Shown here piece after piece: positions 1-10,270 of a stretch of 64,000 nt of DNA. This DNA comes from Leidyana gryllorum EB-2025a (taxonomy: Eukaryota > Protista > Apicomplexa). The notes beneath the pieces were generated by a model. It did not search any database. It saw only the letters and a list, made by a program, of their open reading frames with translations, and was not told where the DNA came from. The DNA lies in the NCBI GenBank assembly GCA_048772705.1, contig JBLWGC010000174.1, forward strand, positions 14,534 through 78,533. Reading direction: 5' to 3'. A program made the position numbers and the translations under genes. Position 1 is the stretch's first letter, and each line of letters starts with the position of its first letter.

Positions 1-178
1 TCGATCCTCGGTGGCTGTAGCTCGAACATGTGAAGTGAGCTCCACCCAAAGCGAGGAAACGTGCTGTCTTCGAGACAGGGCATCGAACCCGCGTCTTCCG
101 CGTCTTCAACCCTAGAAGTCTTCCTTCTGAGAACTTCACGGACAGAAAACGTGTAAAGTGGCGAGCCAAGAACGCTCC

Positions 179-257
179 GGCAAGATGGCCGAGTGGTCTA
201 AGGCGCTGTGTTCAGGCCGCAGTCCGAAAGGGCTGGGTTCGAATCCCACTCTTGTCA
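179..257 (+). tRNA. trnL: tRNA-Leu(CAG), 1-nt deletion near variable arm
   Basis: GGCAAGATGGCCGAGTGG...TTCAGGC...GTTCGAATCCCACTCTTGTCA. Confidence 0.8.
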
Positions 258-327
258 GCCGTTGTATTGTATTGGTAGGTAGTCCTCTCTCTTCACTGAT
301 AGACAGGTCGTTCGAGCTACATACGGC

Positions 328-398
328 TGCACCTGCCGGGACTCGAACCCGGGTTACTACCTTGGAAGGGTCGCATCTTACCCTTAGACCACAAGTGC
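328..398 (-). tRNA. trnG: tRNA-Gly(TCC)
   Basis: cloverleaf, loop CTTCCAA. Confidence 0.85.
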
Positions 399-548
399 AA
401 TTGCGAAAGAGTTGCAGCACCCCGAGACACTCGGGCGATTTCTGCGCGCCACCGTCCGCCATAGACCCAAAATTGTCCACCGACTTCAAACTCATTGGCA
501 TGTGGTCAGGGATGGATTTCCAACATCTTCAACCTTCAGGTCATCTTT

Positions 549-620
549 AGGGCACGCGCGGAGTTGAACCACGGACTTGCTGATCTGCAGTCAGCTGCTC
601 TACCACTGAGCTACGTACCC
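549..620 (-). tRNA. trnC: tRNA-Cys(GCA)
   Basis: GGGTACG acceptor, CTGCAGA loop. Confidence 0.9.
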
Positions 621-716
621 ACAAAATACCCGTCATACTCGCTCAACTCGATTTTGTCTTCTCATTTGAAGCAAAACGGCCGTTATTGTGCACGAGCTTG
701 AACAACAACGAGTGAT

Positions 717-787
717 GCATCTGTGGTCTAGTGGTAGAATGTCTCGTTGCCATCGAGACGATCCGCGTTCGATTCCCGCCAGATGCA
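717..787 (+). tRNA. trnG: tRNA-Gly(GCC), T-stem mismatches
   Basis: GCATCTGTGGTCTAGTGG...TTGCCAT. Confidence 0.7.
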
Positions 788-1135
788 GAGGACATAGACA
801 GACATACATGATTTAGTGCCCATCAGACACTGGCGGACAGCTGTAGCACTCGCAGGGACATATGTGACGGCGCAGCGCCGAATGGGCGTGGATCCCAATC
901 CCATCCTTGTCAGGATAGAACTCGGGATTTTCTTTCCTGCGTGTGTCGTAAGCAGTAGACCATGGCTGTACGGAGCTTCCGGGCCGTGAACGGGGCGTAT
1001 GTCTTTCGAAACACGTATCCGATGAGCCTCACAGAAGTTGGACGGCCTGGAGTAGCTCATTTAGAGAGCATCTAACGCTCCTGTTACATTTCATCCTGAT
1101 TGATGCCCCACTGCCTTGATAGCTACTTGCAGATT

Positions 1136-1207
1136 ATCCGAGTCGTCTAGTGGTTGGGACAGCAAGCTGTGGCCGTGCGCAGCCAGGCTCGATTCCCGGC
1201 TCGGCCC
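1136..1207 (+). pseudogene. degenerate tRNA-His(GTG)
   Basis: mismatched copy of 10271-10342. Confidence 0.75.
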
Positions 1208-1279
1208 ATATGTCTCCGGTGTCTCGAATGGAACTCTCTCTTGATGGTTATACACTTTCATTCGACGGCTCCGTTGATT

Positions 1280-1352
1280 GGCCCTATGGCCTAATGGATA
1301 TGGCATCGGTCTACGGAACCGGGGATTCTGGGTTCGAGTCCCACTGGCGTCT
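1280..1352 (+). tRNA. trnR: tRNA-Arg(ACG) variant
   Basis: CTACGGA loop; acceptor mismatches. Confidence 0.7.
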
Positions 1353-1694
1353 GGGCGAATGGCCGGGTTGCAGCCTCGCCTGTTGAGTCAACAACTCAGA
1401 TCCTGTCTTGGCTGTCAGGGACAGTGTGCGGGATGGGTCGAGGTGCCGTGTTGGGTCAACAACTATCAGACGGGCTGTTCTGGATATTAAACCAGGACTT
1501 CTTCCACCCGAAACAAGTGCATACCACTAGACCAAACAGCCGCCTATCGGTGGTGCAAGCCGCCGATAGAGATGCTTTAGGAAGTGAGCACCCCCGGCCG
1601 TACAACTTCTTCGGGGCTGGAGGCCGATACACCGCACCCAGACGACAGTCGCAACGGAAGCCGTTTGCACGCTGAAACTCAGAAGGGAAGTAAC

Positions 1695-1778
1695 GCACAG
1701 ATGCCCGAGTGGTCTAAGGGGCCAGACTCAAGTTCTGGTAGGCGCAAGTCTGCATGGGTTCGAATCCCATTCTGTGCA
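1695..1778 (+). tRNA. trnL: tRNA-Leu(CAA), intronless
   Basis: GCACAGA/TCTGTGC acceptor, CTCAAGT loop, long variable arm. Confidence 0.92.
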
Positions 1779-2071
1779 ACGGTGATCATTACCAAAAATA
1801 GGCTGGAAAAGGCCACAGTAGATTCGAGTCTCCATCCGTATATCCGGTTGTATGCATCCAAGTATTCGGCTGTTGTTCTGGATCCTTCCTTGGGGTGGAA
1901 GGAGTCCTGGGTTCGATTCCCAGAACAGCCCTCTTGGTCGTCGGTTGACCCGACGGGACAAGTTGCCCTCAGAACCAACACAGCATTTCATTAGCCCACT
2001 TCGGTAGGGCAGTCAGGGCAACTAACATCTCGAGAATTGCATTTCGGCTATTTCTTCCATGTTGCAGACTG

Positions 2072-2141
2072 AGCACTGTAGCTCAGTGAAAAGTGTTGAG
2101 CTCATAATCCAAAGGTCCGTCAACGAAACGACGCACTCCTA
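2072..2141 (+). pseudogene. degenerate initiator tRNA-Met
   Basis: mutated copy of 9197-9268. Confidence 0.75.
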
Positions 2142-2190
2142 AGTGTGCGCAGAAGGGGAACCGTTATAGCATAGATTGCCTCGCGAGCAA

Positions 2191-2262
2191 AGCCTTCTGC
2201 CGGAATCGAACCGGCGACCTTTCGCTTACTAAGCGAATGCTCTGCCCCTAAGCTAAGAAGGC
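2191..2262 (-). tRNA. trnT: tRNA-Thr(AGT)
   Basis: intact cloverleaf, TTAGTAA loop. Confidence 0.92.
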
Positions 2263-2492
2263 ATTCGCTGTCTCGATCCATATGAGGGTTTGATGCTGGG
2301 AATAGCATCATTTCCACCACAGAATTCATGCGTGAGTTGGTGTCTGACCCCTCCAATCACATCGCACGACAACTGCTGGATCTGCACTAGTTCCTCACTC
2401 GGGCAAGTTGGCAACTGTCGATTCCGTCATGTGGCGAGAGACATACAGCCGCGGTAAGTGCTTATTTTCACCGCCTTCCATGACTACCTACC

Positions 2493-2565
2493 GCCTCGGT
2501 AGCTCAGTTGGGAGAGCGCCAGACTGAAGATCTGGAAGTCCCATGTTCGATCCACGGCCGAGGCA
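2493..2565 (+). tRNA. trnF: tRNA-Phe(GAA)
   Basis: GCCTCGG acceptor, CTGAAGA loop. Confidence 0.88.
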
Positions 2566-2629
2566 GAGACGTTGTGACATTTGGTGTCACTATCTCAAGT
2601 GTCCTCAGCGGTTTGCACGACCGACAGGC

Positions 2630-2701
2630 GGCTGTTTGGTCTAGTGGTATGATTCTTCTTTCGGGTGGGAGAAGGCCTGTGTTCGACTCCCAGAAGAGCC
2701 C
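2630..2701 (+). pseudogene. degenerate tRNA-Pro(CGG)
   Basis: Pro body with stem mismatches. Confidence 0.7.
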
Positions 2702-2838
2702 GTCTGATAGTTGTTGACTGAATGCCACGTCTCTCCAAGGTCGGCTACCATACGCGGCTCCCACTCGTATAATCCCGGATGAAGTCCAGACCAGCTGAGA
2801 CAAAATCGGAGTTGCACCAGTTGTGAGGGCTGGAACTG

Positions 2839-2910
2839 CTCCGAGACCGGGAATCGAACCCGGGTCTTCCGCGTGACAGGCGGAAATACTGACCACTATA
2901 CTATCTCGGA
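2839..2910 (-). tRNA. trnD: tRNA-Asp(GTC)
   Basis: TCCGAGA acceptor, CTGTCAC loop. Confidence 0.92.
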
Positions 2911-3072
2911 CGCTAGTAAACACGCCGGCCTCCAACCCCAGAACTCCTCGCATTTTGAGATTTCACGGACAGGAAACGGGTAACACTTCGGCAAGATGGC
3001 CGAGTGCTGTGTGCAAGCCGCCGTCCGAAAATGCGGGCGGATGATCGCAACCATGTTTAGGCTAATGACTGA

Positions 3073-3144
3073 AGCCTCCTGCCGGAATCGAACCAGCGAC
3101 CTTTCGCTTACAAAGCGAATGCTCTGCCCCTAAGCTAAGGAGGC
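3073..3144 (-). tRNA. trnT: tRNA-Thr(TGT)
   Basis: TTTGTAA loop. Confidence 0.9.
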
Positions 3145-3607
3145 ATTCCCTGTCTCGAACTTCTCGCGCTGCCCGAACCTGCGGTCTCCCATCAAAAGTC
3201 TTGCGCTCTACCGACGGACTTGGGGCGGCGACGAAGCTCGGACTTAGTAACAAAATTCCATTCGTATTGATCGTTGCATCTTGGGCCTTCCTCGGGTACA
3301 GGGCGAAGCTGTATCAGAGATGCACTCACTTGGTCACGCCCGGACTCCAACCGGGGACTCAGAACTTATTAGGCTCACGCTATGGCCGCCTGAAATACGC
3401 GACCGCTTCAGAGTTGAGGTCAACAGTCACTAGCCGAAGGAGCCGACTGATGTGTTCAGCAAAGCCTTATGATTGGTACTGAACCGGCCACTCCGATCTT
3501 CGTCCACCCCGCCAAGCAGTCATTCCAAAGGCAAATACTGACATCGACAAGGCGCACTACCAATTCGCACGGGATTCCCGATGGAATGTGTAGCCCGTTT
3601 CACTGTC

Positions 3608-3689
3608 GGCAAGGTGGCCGAGTGGTTAAGGCGGCGACCTGCTAAGCCGTTGGGTTTCACCCGCGTGAGTTCGAATCTCACCCTTGTCG
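3608..3689 (+). tRNA. trnS: tRNA-Ser(GCT)
   Basis: CTGCTAA loop, long variable arm. Confidence 0.85.
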
Positions 3690-3870
3690 GTTGCATTTGA
3701 GAAAAAGCGCAACTGCTTCAAGGATTTAAGTGAGCTTTCTGTCCCACCCAAATCGAACGCCTACGCTGGGCGCTTTATACAGGAGCGACTTAAAATATTT
3801 CAGAGGTCAGTAGAGACCCGTGTTGCGTGTGTCCAGTTGAGGAACAGACTCTTCTGGGATGGGCTGAGCC

Positions 3871-3942
3871 GGTTGCGTCGTATAGTGGTTAGCACTGGAG
3901 ACTTTGAATCTCCCGACCTGGGTTCGATTCCCGGCAGATGCA
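3871..3942 (+). pseudogene. Chimeric tRNA: Gln(TTG) body with Gly(GCC) 3' acceptor strand
   Basis: switch at GGTTCGATTCCCGGC to AGATGCA plus Gly flank. Confidence 0.85.
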
Positions 3943-4445
3943 GACATAGCACATGGCTGATTCACTAGAATTCTACGCCGTTGAACACCAGTGCCAATTA
4001 AACACTGGCGGACAGCTGTAGCACTCGCAGGGACATATGTGACGGCGCAGCGGAGAATGGGCGTGGATCCAAATCCCATCCTTGTCAGGATAGAACTCGG
4101 GACCTTCTTTCCTGCGTGTGGAGCAGACGTCGTAAGCAGTAGACCATGGCTGTACGGAGCTTCCGGGCCGTGAAAGGGGCGTATCCGATGAGCCTCACAG
4201 AAGTTGGACGGCCTGGAGTAGCTCATTTGGAGAGCATCTAACGCTCCTGTTACATTTCATCCTGATTGATGCCCCACTGCCTTGATAGCTACTTGCAGAT
4301 TATCCGAGTCGTCTAGTGGTTGGGACAGCAAGTTGTGGCCGTGCGAAGCCAGGCTCAATTCCCGGCTCGGCCAATATGTCTCCGGTGTCTCTAATGGAAC
4401 TTTCTCTTGATGGCTACACACTTTCATTCGACGGCTCCGTTGATT

Positions 4446-4518
4446 GGCGCTATGGCCTAATGGATATGGCAGCGGTCTACGGAACTTGGGATTCTGGGTT
4501 CGAGTCCCAGTAGCGTCT
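4446..4518 (+). tRNA. trnR: tRNA-Arg(ACG) variant
   Basis: anticodon-stem mismatches. Confidence 0.65.
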
Positions 4519-4651
4519 GGGCGAGCGGTCGGGTTCCAGCCCCTCACAATTGCTGCAACTCAGTTTTTATCTCAGCTGGCTGTCCTTGCTGTGGACAGCA
4601 TCCCCGTGCACCCTTTTGACAGGAGGAGATACATCGAGAGAAGTTCCATTG

Positions 4652-4724
4652 GGGAGTGTAGCGCAGTCGGTAGCGCGTAGGTCTCATAATCCTGAAGTCG
4701 AGAGTTCGATCCTCTCCACTCCCA
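4652..4724 (+). tRNA. trnM: elongator tRNA-Met(CAT)
   Basis: GGGAGTG/CACTCCC acceptor, CTCATAA loop. Confidence 0.9.
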
Positions 4725-5073
4725 CGGTTGGAATCGGAACCACGGGTTATCTCGATGGCAGCGAGAGACTCTTCCACACCACAGATGCGTAACACCTTGT
4801 TGTTGGAGCTCGTACACAATAACGGCCGTTTTGCTTCGAATGAGAAGACAGGGTCAAGTTGAGCGAGTATGAGAGCCAGCTCGTGGGTACGTAACTCAGT
4901 GGTAGAGCAGTTGACTGCAGATCAGCAAGTCCGTGGTTCAACTTCGCGCGTGCCGTGAAGTTGAGATGAAACGCTGGAAGATGTCAAACCAACATTCCTG
5001 ACCACAAAGGGTTGCAGAATCCTGCGCTAGAAAGAGGAAAGTCTCTATATTATCCTCTGAAACATTGTAGCTG

Positions 5074-5146
5074 GGTCTTGTAGCTCAGTCGGCAGAGCGT
5101 GTGGCTGTTAACCACAAAGTCGCAGGTTCGAAACCTGCCAGGACCG
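5074..5146 (+). tRNA. trnN: tRNA-Asn(GTT)
   Basis: CTGTTAA loop, intact stems. Confidence 0.92.
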
Positions 5147-5247
5147 CTTTCAGAGGCACCCTAAACATTGACTGCCCTGCTCTCGCAATGGCACCGTGGT
5201 CTGCGACCCTTCAGAGTGACTCCCGCCACGTGTAGCCATACGCACTT

Positions 5248-5320
5248 TGGACGACCTGGGCATCGATCCCAGTACCTCTCGCATGCTAAGCGAGCGCTCT
5301 ACCATTTGAGCTAGTCGCCC
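5248..5320 (-). tRNA. trnA: tRNA-Ala(AGC)
   Basis: G3:U70, TTAGCAT loop. Confidence 0.92.
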
Positions 5321-5380
5321 ATCCGCACTACATGGAAGACCTATTGCATCCAGTGGCTGACCGACTGCCCACACAACGGC

Positions 5381-5460
5381 TGTCAAGAGTGGGATTCGAA
5401 CCCACGCCGTTTCGGACTGCGGCCTGAACACAGCGCCTTGGACCACTCGGCCATCTTGCC
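5381..5460 (-). tRNA. trnL: tRNA-Leu(CAG) variant
   Basis: Leu body. Confidence 0.75.
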
Positions 5461-5680
5461 GAAATGTTGTTGGCTCGCCGCTCCACGCGTTTTCTATCCG
5501 TGGAATCTCAAAATAGAAGAACTTCTGGGGTTGGGGACCAGCGTATCCAGAGCGTCCGAGATAGTATAGCGGTTAGTATTTCCGCCTATCACCCGGAAAA
5601 CCAAGATCGATTCCCGGTCTCGGAGCACAGTTGGTTGCGCTTAGGATTGTTTCTTTCGGATCTCGCTGAAAGTTCCGAGC

Positions 5681-5753
5681 TACTGCCACCGAGGATCGGA
5701 CTCGGGACCTTCTGCGTGTGAAGCAGACGTCGTGACCACTAGACCATGGCTGC
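5681..5753 (-). tRNA. trnV: tRNA-Val(CAC) variant
   Basis: TTCACAC loop. Confidence 0.7.
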
Positions 5754-5853
5754 ACGGAGCCTGCGGACTGGGAAAAAGGCGTGTGTCTCTGGAAACACGT
5801 ATCAGCGCTAGTCCGGATGGCTCTACCAACTCTTTTTTGGGAAGGACTGAATG

Positions 5854-5925
5854 GGTTGCGTGGTGTAGTGGTTAGCACTGGTGACTCTGAATCTCCCGAC
5901 CTGCGTTCGATTCCCGGCGCGACCT
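5854..5925 (+). tRNA. trnQ: tRNA-Gln(CTG) variant
   Basis: CTCTGAA loop. Confidence 0.72.
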
Positions 5926-5988
5926 CAAAACTAGTACTCACTACTTCGTAAAACCCCGCCACTTCTCTTGGTCTGCGGGACCTTCTCT

Positions 5989-6061
5989 GCAGCCATGGTC
6001 TAGTGGTTACGACGTCTGCTTCACACGCAGAAGGTCCCGAGTTCGATCCTCGGTGGTTGTA
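5989..6061 (+). tRNA. trnV: tRNA-Val(CAC)
   Basis: cloverleaf. Confidence 0.85.
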
Positions 6062-6116
6062 GCTGGCAACTTTCAGCGGCAACCCAAGGAGACAATTTTA
6101 AGCGGAACCAACTGTG

Positions 6117-6188
6117 CTCCGAGACCGGGAATCGAACCCGGGTCTTCCGCGTGACAGGCGGAAATACTAACCACTATACTATCTCGGA
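6117..6188 (-). tRNA. trnD: tRNA-Asp(GTC)
   Basis: intact cloverleaf. Confidence 0.92.
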
Positions 6189-6470
6189 CACTCGTGAATA
6201 CCCCGGCCTCCAGCCCCGGAAGACCTTCCATTTTGAGATTCCAAGTACAGGAAGCGCGTGGAAGGGCGAGCCATCAACATTCCGGAAAGGTGGCCTAGTG
6301 GTCTCAAACGCTGTGTTCAGGCCGCAGTCCGAAAGGGCGTGGGTTCGAATCGCACTCTTGTCAGCCGTTGTAGTCAGGACAACCTGCGACTGGATCCCAG
6401 CACTGCCCGCCGTGACGTATCGGCACTCGGTCAGCCACTGGATGCAGAAGGTTCTTCATGTAGAGCGGAT

Positions 6471-6543
6471 GGGCGGCTAGCTCAGATGGTAGAGCGCTCG
6501 CTTTGCATGCGAGAGGTACTGGGATCGATACCCAGGTCGTCCA
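6471..6543 (+). tRNA. trnA: tRNA-Ala(TGC)
   Basis: TTTGCAT loop, G3:U70. Confidence 0.92.
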
Positions 6544-7044
6544 AACTCAGTAGGGCGGCACCTGCTGGTAGTTAAATACAGAGTTGCACCTCTAAGAGGG
6601 CGTGGCATATCGCAGCTCCCGTACTGCTAGCCTTCGAAACTGCGACTTTGTGGTGAACAGCTACACGCTTTGCCGACTGAGCTACAAGACCCAGTTGCAA
6701 TGTTCTTTTAAGCGAGGAAAAATCATACCTTCAGACCAAACAGCCTCCTGGTCGGCCTGCCCGGCTAGGGCACTCATAGGTGTCAAATGCTGGAGTACTC
6801 GGTGCCATTGGCACACCAGCGCACTCAGTGTTTAATATGCCTCTGAAACCGGTCCTGGTAGCTTTCGAACCTGCGACTTTGTGGTTAACAGCCACACGCT
6901 CTGCCGACTGAGCTACCAGACCCAGTGACAATCTTTCAGAGGTTAGTAGAGAGACCCTTCATCTTCTACCGAAGAATTTTGCAGCCCTCTCAGGTCGTTA
7001 TCGAGACCTGAGAGACCAGCCAGAAAAGCTTGAGCTTGTGAGCA

Positions 7045-7116
7045 AGCCTTCTGCCGGAATCGAACCGGCGACCTTTCGTTTACTAAGCGAATGCTCTGCC
7101 CCTAAGCTAAGAAGGC
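7045..7116 (-). tRNA. trnT: tRNA-Thr(AGT)
   Basis: Thr body. Confidence 0.8.
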
Positions 7117-7339
7117 AATGCAAGCCGAAGATCACGAATCAGACACTATTGACGGAGATTGCTGGGCACTTTGCTCAAGTATTCCACTGACTTCAACCAC
7201 TGACTTCCACTGCCGGACTTGAGCGCGGAGCTTGCAGGTGAGGCCGCATATCCTAGCCACTCAGACTACAGTGGACAACATTCCACAGCGAAGGCAGCTA
7301 GTCAGCTAAATCATCGAAGTAAAGTGCTGAGCATTTGGC

Positions 7340-7412
7340 TACCTACGGCGAGACTCGAACTCGCAACCTTTGGATTAGAAGTCCAACGCGCTATCCATTG
7401 CGCCACGTAGGC
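7340..7412 (-). tRNA. trnR: tRNA-Arg(TCT), intronless
   Basis: CTTCTAA loop. Confidence 0.92.
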
Positions 7413-7634
7413 GGCGGCTTTTCGACTAGATTGAAATAACAACATTCACGTTTTTGGACCACGCGCCAGCCGTTTATCTGCAGCTAAAGTTGCATGGAGT
7501 TTGGACGGCCTGGGTATCGATCCCAGTACCTCTCGCATGCAAAGCGAGCGCTGCACCATCTGAGGTAGCCGCTCATCCGTACAACATGGAGGACCTATTG
7601 CATCCAGTGGCTGACCGAGTACCGATACCATGGC

Positions 7635-7714
7635 TGACAAGAGTTGGATTCGAACCCACGCCCTTTCGGACAGCGGCCTGAACACAGCGCCTTAGACCAC
7701 TCGGCCATCTTGCC
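7635..7714 (-). tRNA. trnL: tRNA-Leu(CAG) variant
   Basis: Leu body. Confidence 0.75.
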
Positions 7715-7932
7715 GCAGTCTTGTTGGTTCGTCGCTCCACGCGTTTTTTGTCCGTGAGCCGAAATAGAAAGACTTCTGGGATTGGAGGCCGGCGTGTTCG
7801 GAGCGTCCGAGTCAGTATAGTGGTTAGTGTCTCCGCCTGTCACGCGGAAGACCCGGGTTCGATTCCCGGTCTCGAAACGCAGGTGGTTTCGCTTGAGATT
7901 CTCTGCTTCGGTTCTCGCTGAAATTTGCGAGC

Positions 7933-8004
7933 TACAGCCACCGAGGATCGAACTCGGGACTTCTGCGTGCGAAGCAGACGTCGTAACCACTAGACCATTG
8001 CTGC
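7933..8004 (-). pseudogene. tRNA-Val body with CGC (Ala) anticodon
   Basis: loop TTCGCAC; acceptor mismatch. Confidence 0.75.
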
Positions 8005-8066
8005 ACGGATGGCCCCCGCAGCCCAAGACATGGCGAAGTTCCAGGGAGTAGTGAGGACCAGTTCCA

Positions 8067-8138
8067 AGGTCGCGCCGCGAATCGAACCCAGGTCGGGAGA
8101 TTCAGAGTCTCCAGTGCTAACCACTACACGACGCAACC
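8067..8138 (-). tRNA. trnQ: tRNA-Gln(CTG)
   Basis: Gln body. Confidence 0.8.
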
Positions 8139-8334
8139 GGCTCAGCCCATCCCAGAAGAGTCTGTTGAATTATCCGTACTAGCGCTTCCTCAACTGGACA
8201 CACGCAACACGGGTCTCTCTACTGACCTCTGAAATATTTTAAGTGGCTCCTGTATATAGCGCCCAGCGTAGGCGTTGGATTTGGGTCGGACAGAAAGCTC
8301 ACTTAAATCCTTGAAGCAGTTGCGCAAATGCAAC

Positions 8335-8416
8335 CGACAAGGGTGAGATTCGAACTCACGCGGGTGAAACCCAACGGCTTAGCAGGCCGCCGCCTTAACC
8401 ACTCGGCCACCTTGCC
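8335..8416 (-). tRNA. trnS: tRNA-Ser(GCT)
   Basis: intact. Confidence 0.92.
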
Positions 8417-8667
8417 GAGAGTGGAACGGGCTACACATTCCATCGGGAATCCCGTGCGAAATTGGTAGTGCCCCTTCTCGATGTCAGTATTTGCCTTTGG
8501 AATGACTGCTTGGATTTGCAGTCCGCTGCTCTACCACTGAGCTACGTACCCACAAAATACCTGTCATACTCGCTCAACTCGATTCTGTCTTCTTATTTGA
8601 AGCAAAACGGCCGTTATTGTGCACGTTTCTGGGGTTGAGCCTTTCGAACCCCGGAGCAGTTGGACGA

Positions 8668-8747
8668 CCGGGGGTAGCTCAGTTGGTAGAGCATCTGACT
8701 GTAGTGCTGGCATCAGATAGTCGGCGGTTCGATTCCGTCCCACCGGA
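8668..8747 (+). tRNA. trnY: tRNA-Tyr(GTA) with 7-nt intron (8705-8711)
   Basis: C1:G72, TCTGA-CT-GTA-G[TGCTGGC]A-TCAGA. Confidence 0.88.
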
Positions 8748-8990
8748 AGTAGAGTGGTGATTGGCAAAGTACTAGACAGCGTTGATAGGCCAACCAGACT
8801 ACTCTGGCGAGGGTTCCATCTATGTAGTTCGGATGGGCTGAGAATCGATCCCGGAACCTTTCGTATACCAAGCACCGTTTCATCATCTGGGCTAGCCTCC
8901 CTCTGTGCCTACCTCATGGCATTGAGTGATACTCCACATAGTGAGACGAGTCTCTCGACTGTACCCAGCGGGTTGAACCACCGGCTAGGC

Positions 8991-9062
8991 GGCTGTTTGG
9001 TCTAGTGGTATGATCCTTCCTTAGGGTGGAAGGAGTCCTGGGTTCGATTCCCAGAACAGCCC
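8991..9062 (+). tRNA. trnP: tRNA-Pro(AGG)
   Basis: TTAGGGT loop. Confidence 0.92.
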
Positions 9063-9196
9063 TCTTGGTTGTCGGTTGACCCGATGGGATAAGCAGGTTT
9101 TAGAAGTAACACAGCCACCTCGTTACCACTTCGGCACTCAAGGCAATTAGCATCTCAAAAATCGCATTTCGGCTCCCTCTTCCATGGTGCAGACTG

Positions 9197-9268
9197 AGCA
9201 GTGTAGCTCAGTGGAAGAGTGTTGGGCTCATAACCCAAAGGTCCGTCGATCGAAACGACGCACTGCTA
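9197..9268 (+). tRNA. trnM: initiator tRNA-Met(CAT)
   Basis: A1:U72, GGG/CCC anticodon stem, ATCGAAA T-loop. Confidence 0.93.
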
Positions 9269-9457
9269 AGTGTGCGCAGGAGGGAAACAGTTATAGAATT
9301 GACTGGGTCGTGAGCAAAGCCTTCTGCCGGAATCGAGCCGGCGCTTACGAAGCGAACGCTCTGCCCCTAAGCTTAGAAGGCAAAGTAAGTCGGAGATAAC
9401 GAAGCGATGGCTACTGACGGAGATTAGTGGAGCACTTTGCTCGAGTACTTCAATGAC

Positions 9458-9530
9458 TTCCACTGCCGGGACTTGAACCCGGATCGTGCGGGTGAGAGCC
9501 GCATATCCTAGCCACTTAGACTACAGTGGA
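9458..9530 (-). tRNA. trnE: tRNA-Glu(CTC)
   Basis: CTCTCAC loop. Confidence 0.92.
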
Positions 9531-9645
9531 CAACTCCCTCAGCTGCAGCTTTAGCCGAGAGCCGTACCCTCTTGACAAGACGTGGTTGCAATCCTGCGGT
9601 ACAAAAAGGAGGATGTCTATACTAACCTGTGAACCATTGTAGCTG

Positions 9646-9718
9646 GGTCTTGTAGCTCAGTCGGCAGAGCGTGTGGCTGTTAATCACAAAGTCGCAGGTT
9701 CGAAACCTGCCAGGACCG
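9646..9718 (+). tRNA. trnN: tRNA-Asn(GTT)
   Basis: Asn body. Confidence 0.88.
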
Positions 9719-9833
9719 GTTTCAGGGGCACACTAAACACTGACTGCGCTGCTCTCCCAATGGCACTTGTGGTCTGCGATTCTTCAAAGATGTAAGTTTG
9801 TTTGGATCCCGCCACGTGCAGCCGTATGTACTT

Positions 9834-9906
9834 TGGACGACCTGGGTATCGATCCCAGTACCTCTCGCATGCGAAGCGAGCACACTACCATCTGAGCTAG
9901 CCGCCC
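9834..9906 (-). tRNA. trnA: tRNA-Ala(CGC) variant
   Basis: Ala body. Confidence 0.75.
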
Positions 9907-9966
9907 ATGCGCTCTACATGGAAGACCTATTGCATCCAGTGGCTGACCGAGGGCCGGTAAAACGGC

Positions 9967-10046
9967 TGACAAGAGTGGGATTCGAACCCACCCCCTTTCG
10001 GACTGCGGCCTTAACACAGCGCCTTGGACCACTCGGCCATCTTGCC
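9967..10046 (-). tRNA. trnL: tRNA-Leu(AAG)
   Basis: TTAAGGC loop. Confidence 0.85.
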
Positions 10047-10270
10047 GGAGTGTTCTTGGCTCGCCACTTTACACGTTTTCTGTTCGTGAAGTCTCGAGAA
10101 GGAAGGCTTTTCTCACGGCCCGGGGTGCTTAGATGGCAACCCATCTGATGGCAGTGGTGGCATCAGCTATTCGACGAGGAAATTCCGTCCGCCGGGAGTT
10201 GAGGAGTGGACTTCCAACGCATTCCATCCTGATCGATGCTTCGCTACCTCTACAGCCTCGCTCAAAGATT

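Larger units (their letters stand above)
1..2388 (+). repeat. Near-identical direct copy of 61123-63510 (offset 61122); similarity continues with indels to window end
   Basis: Sequence and ORF track repeat, e.g. 158/61280, 1584/62706, 2120/63242. Confidence 0.95.
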
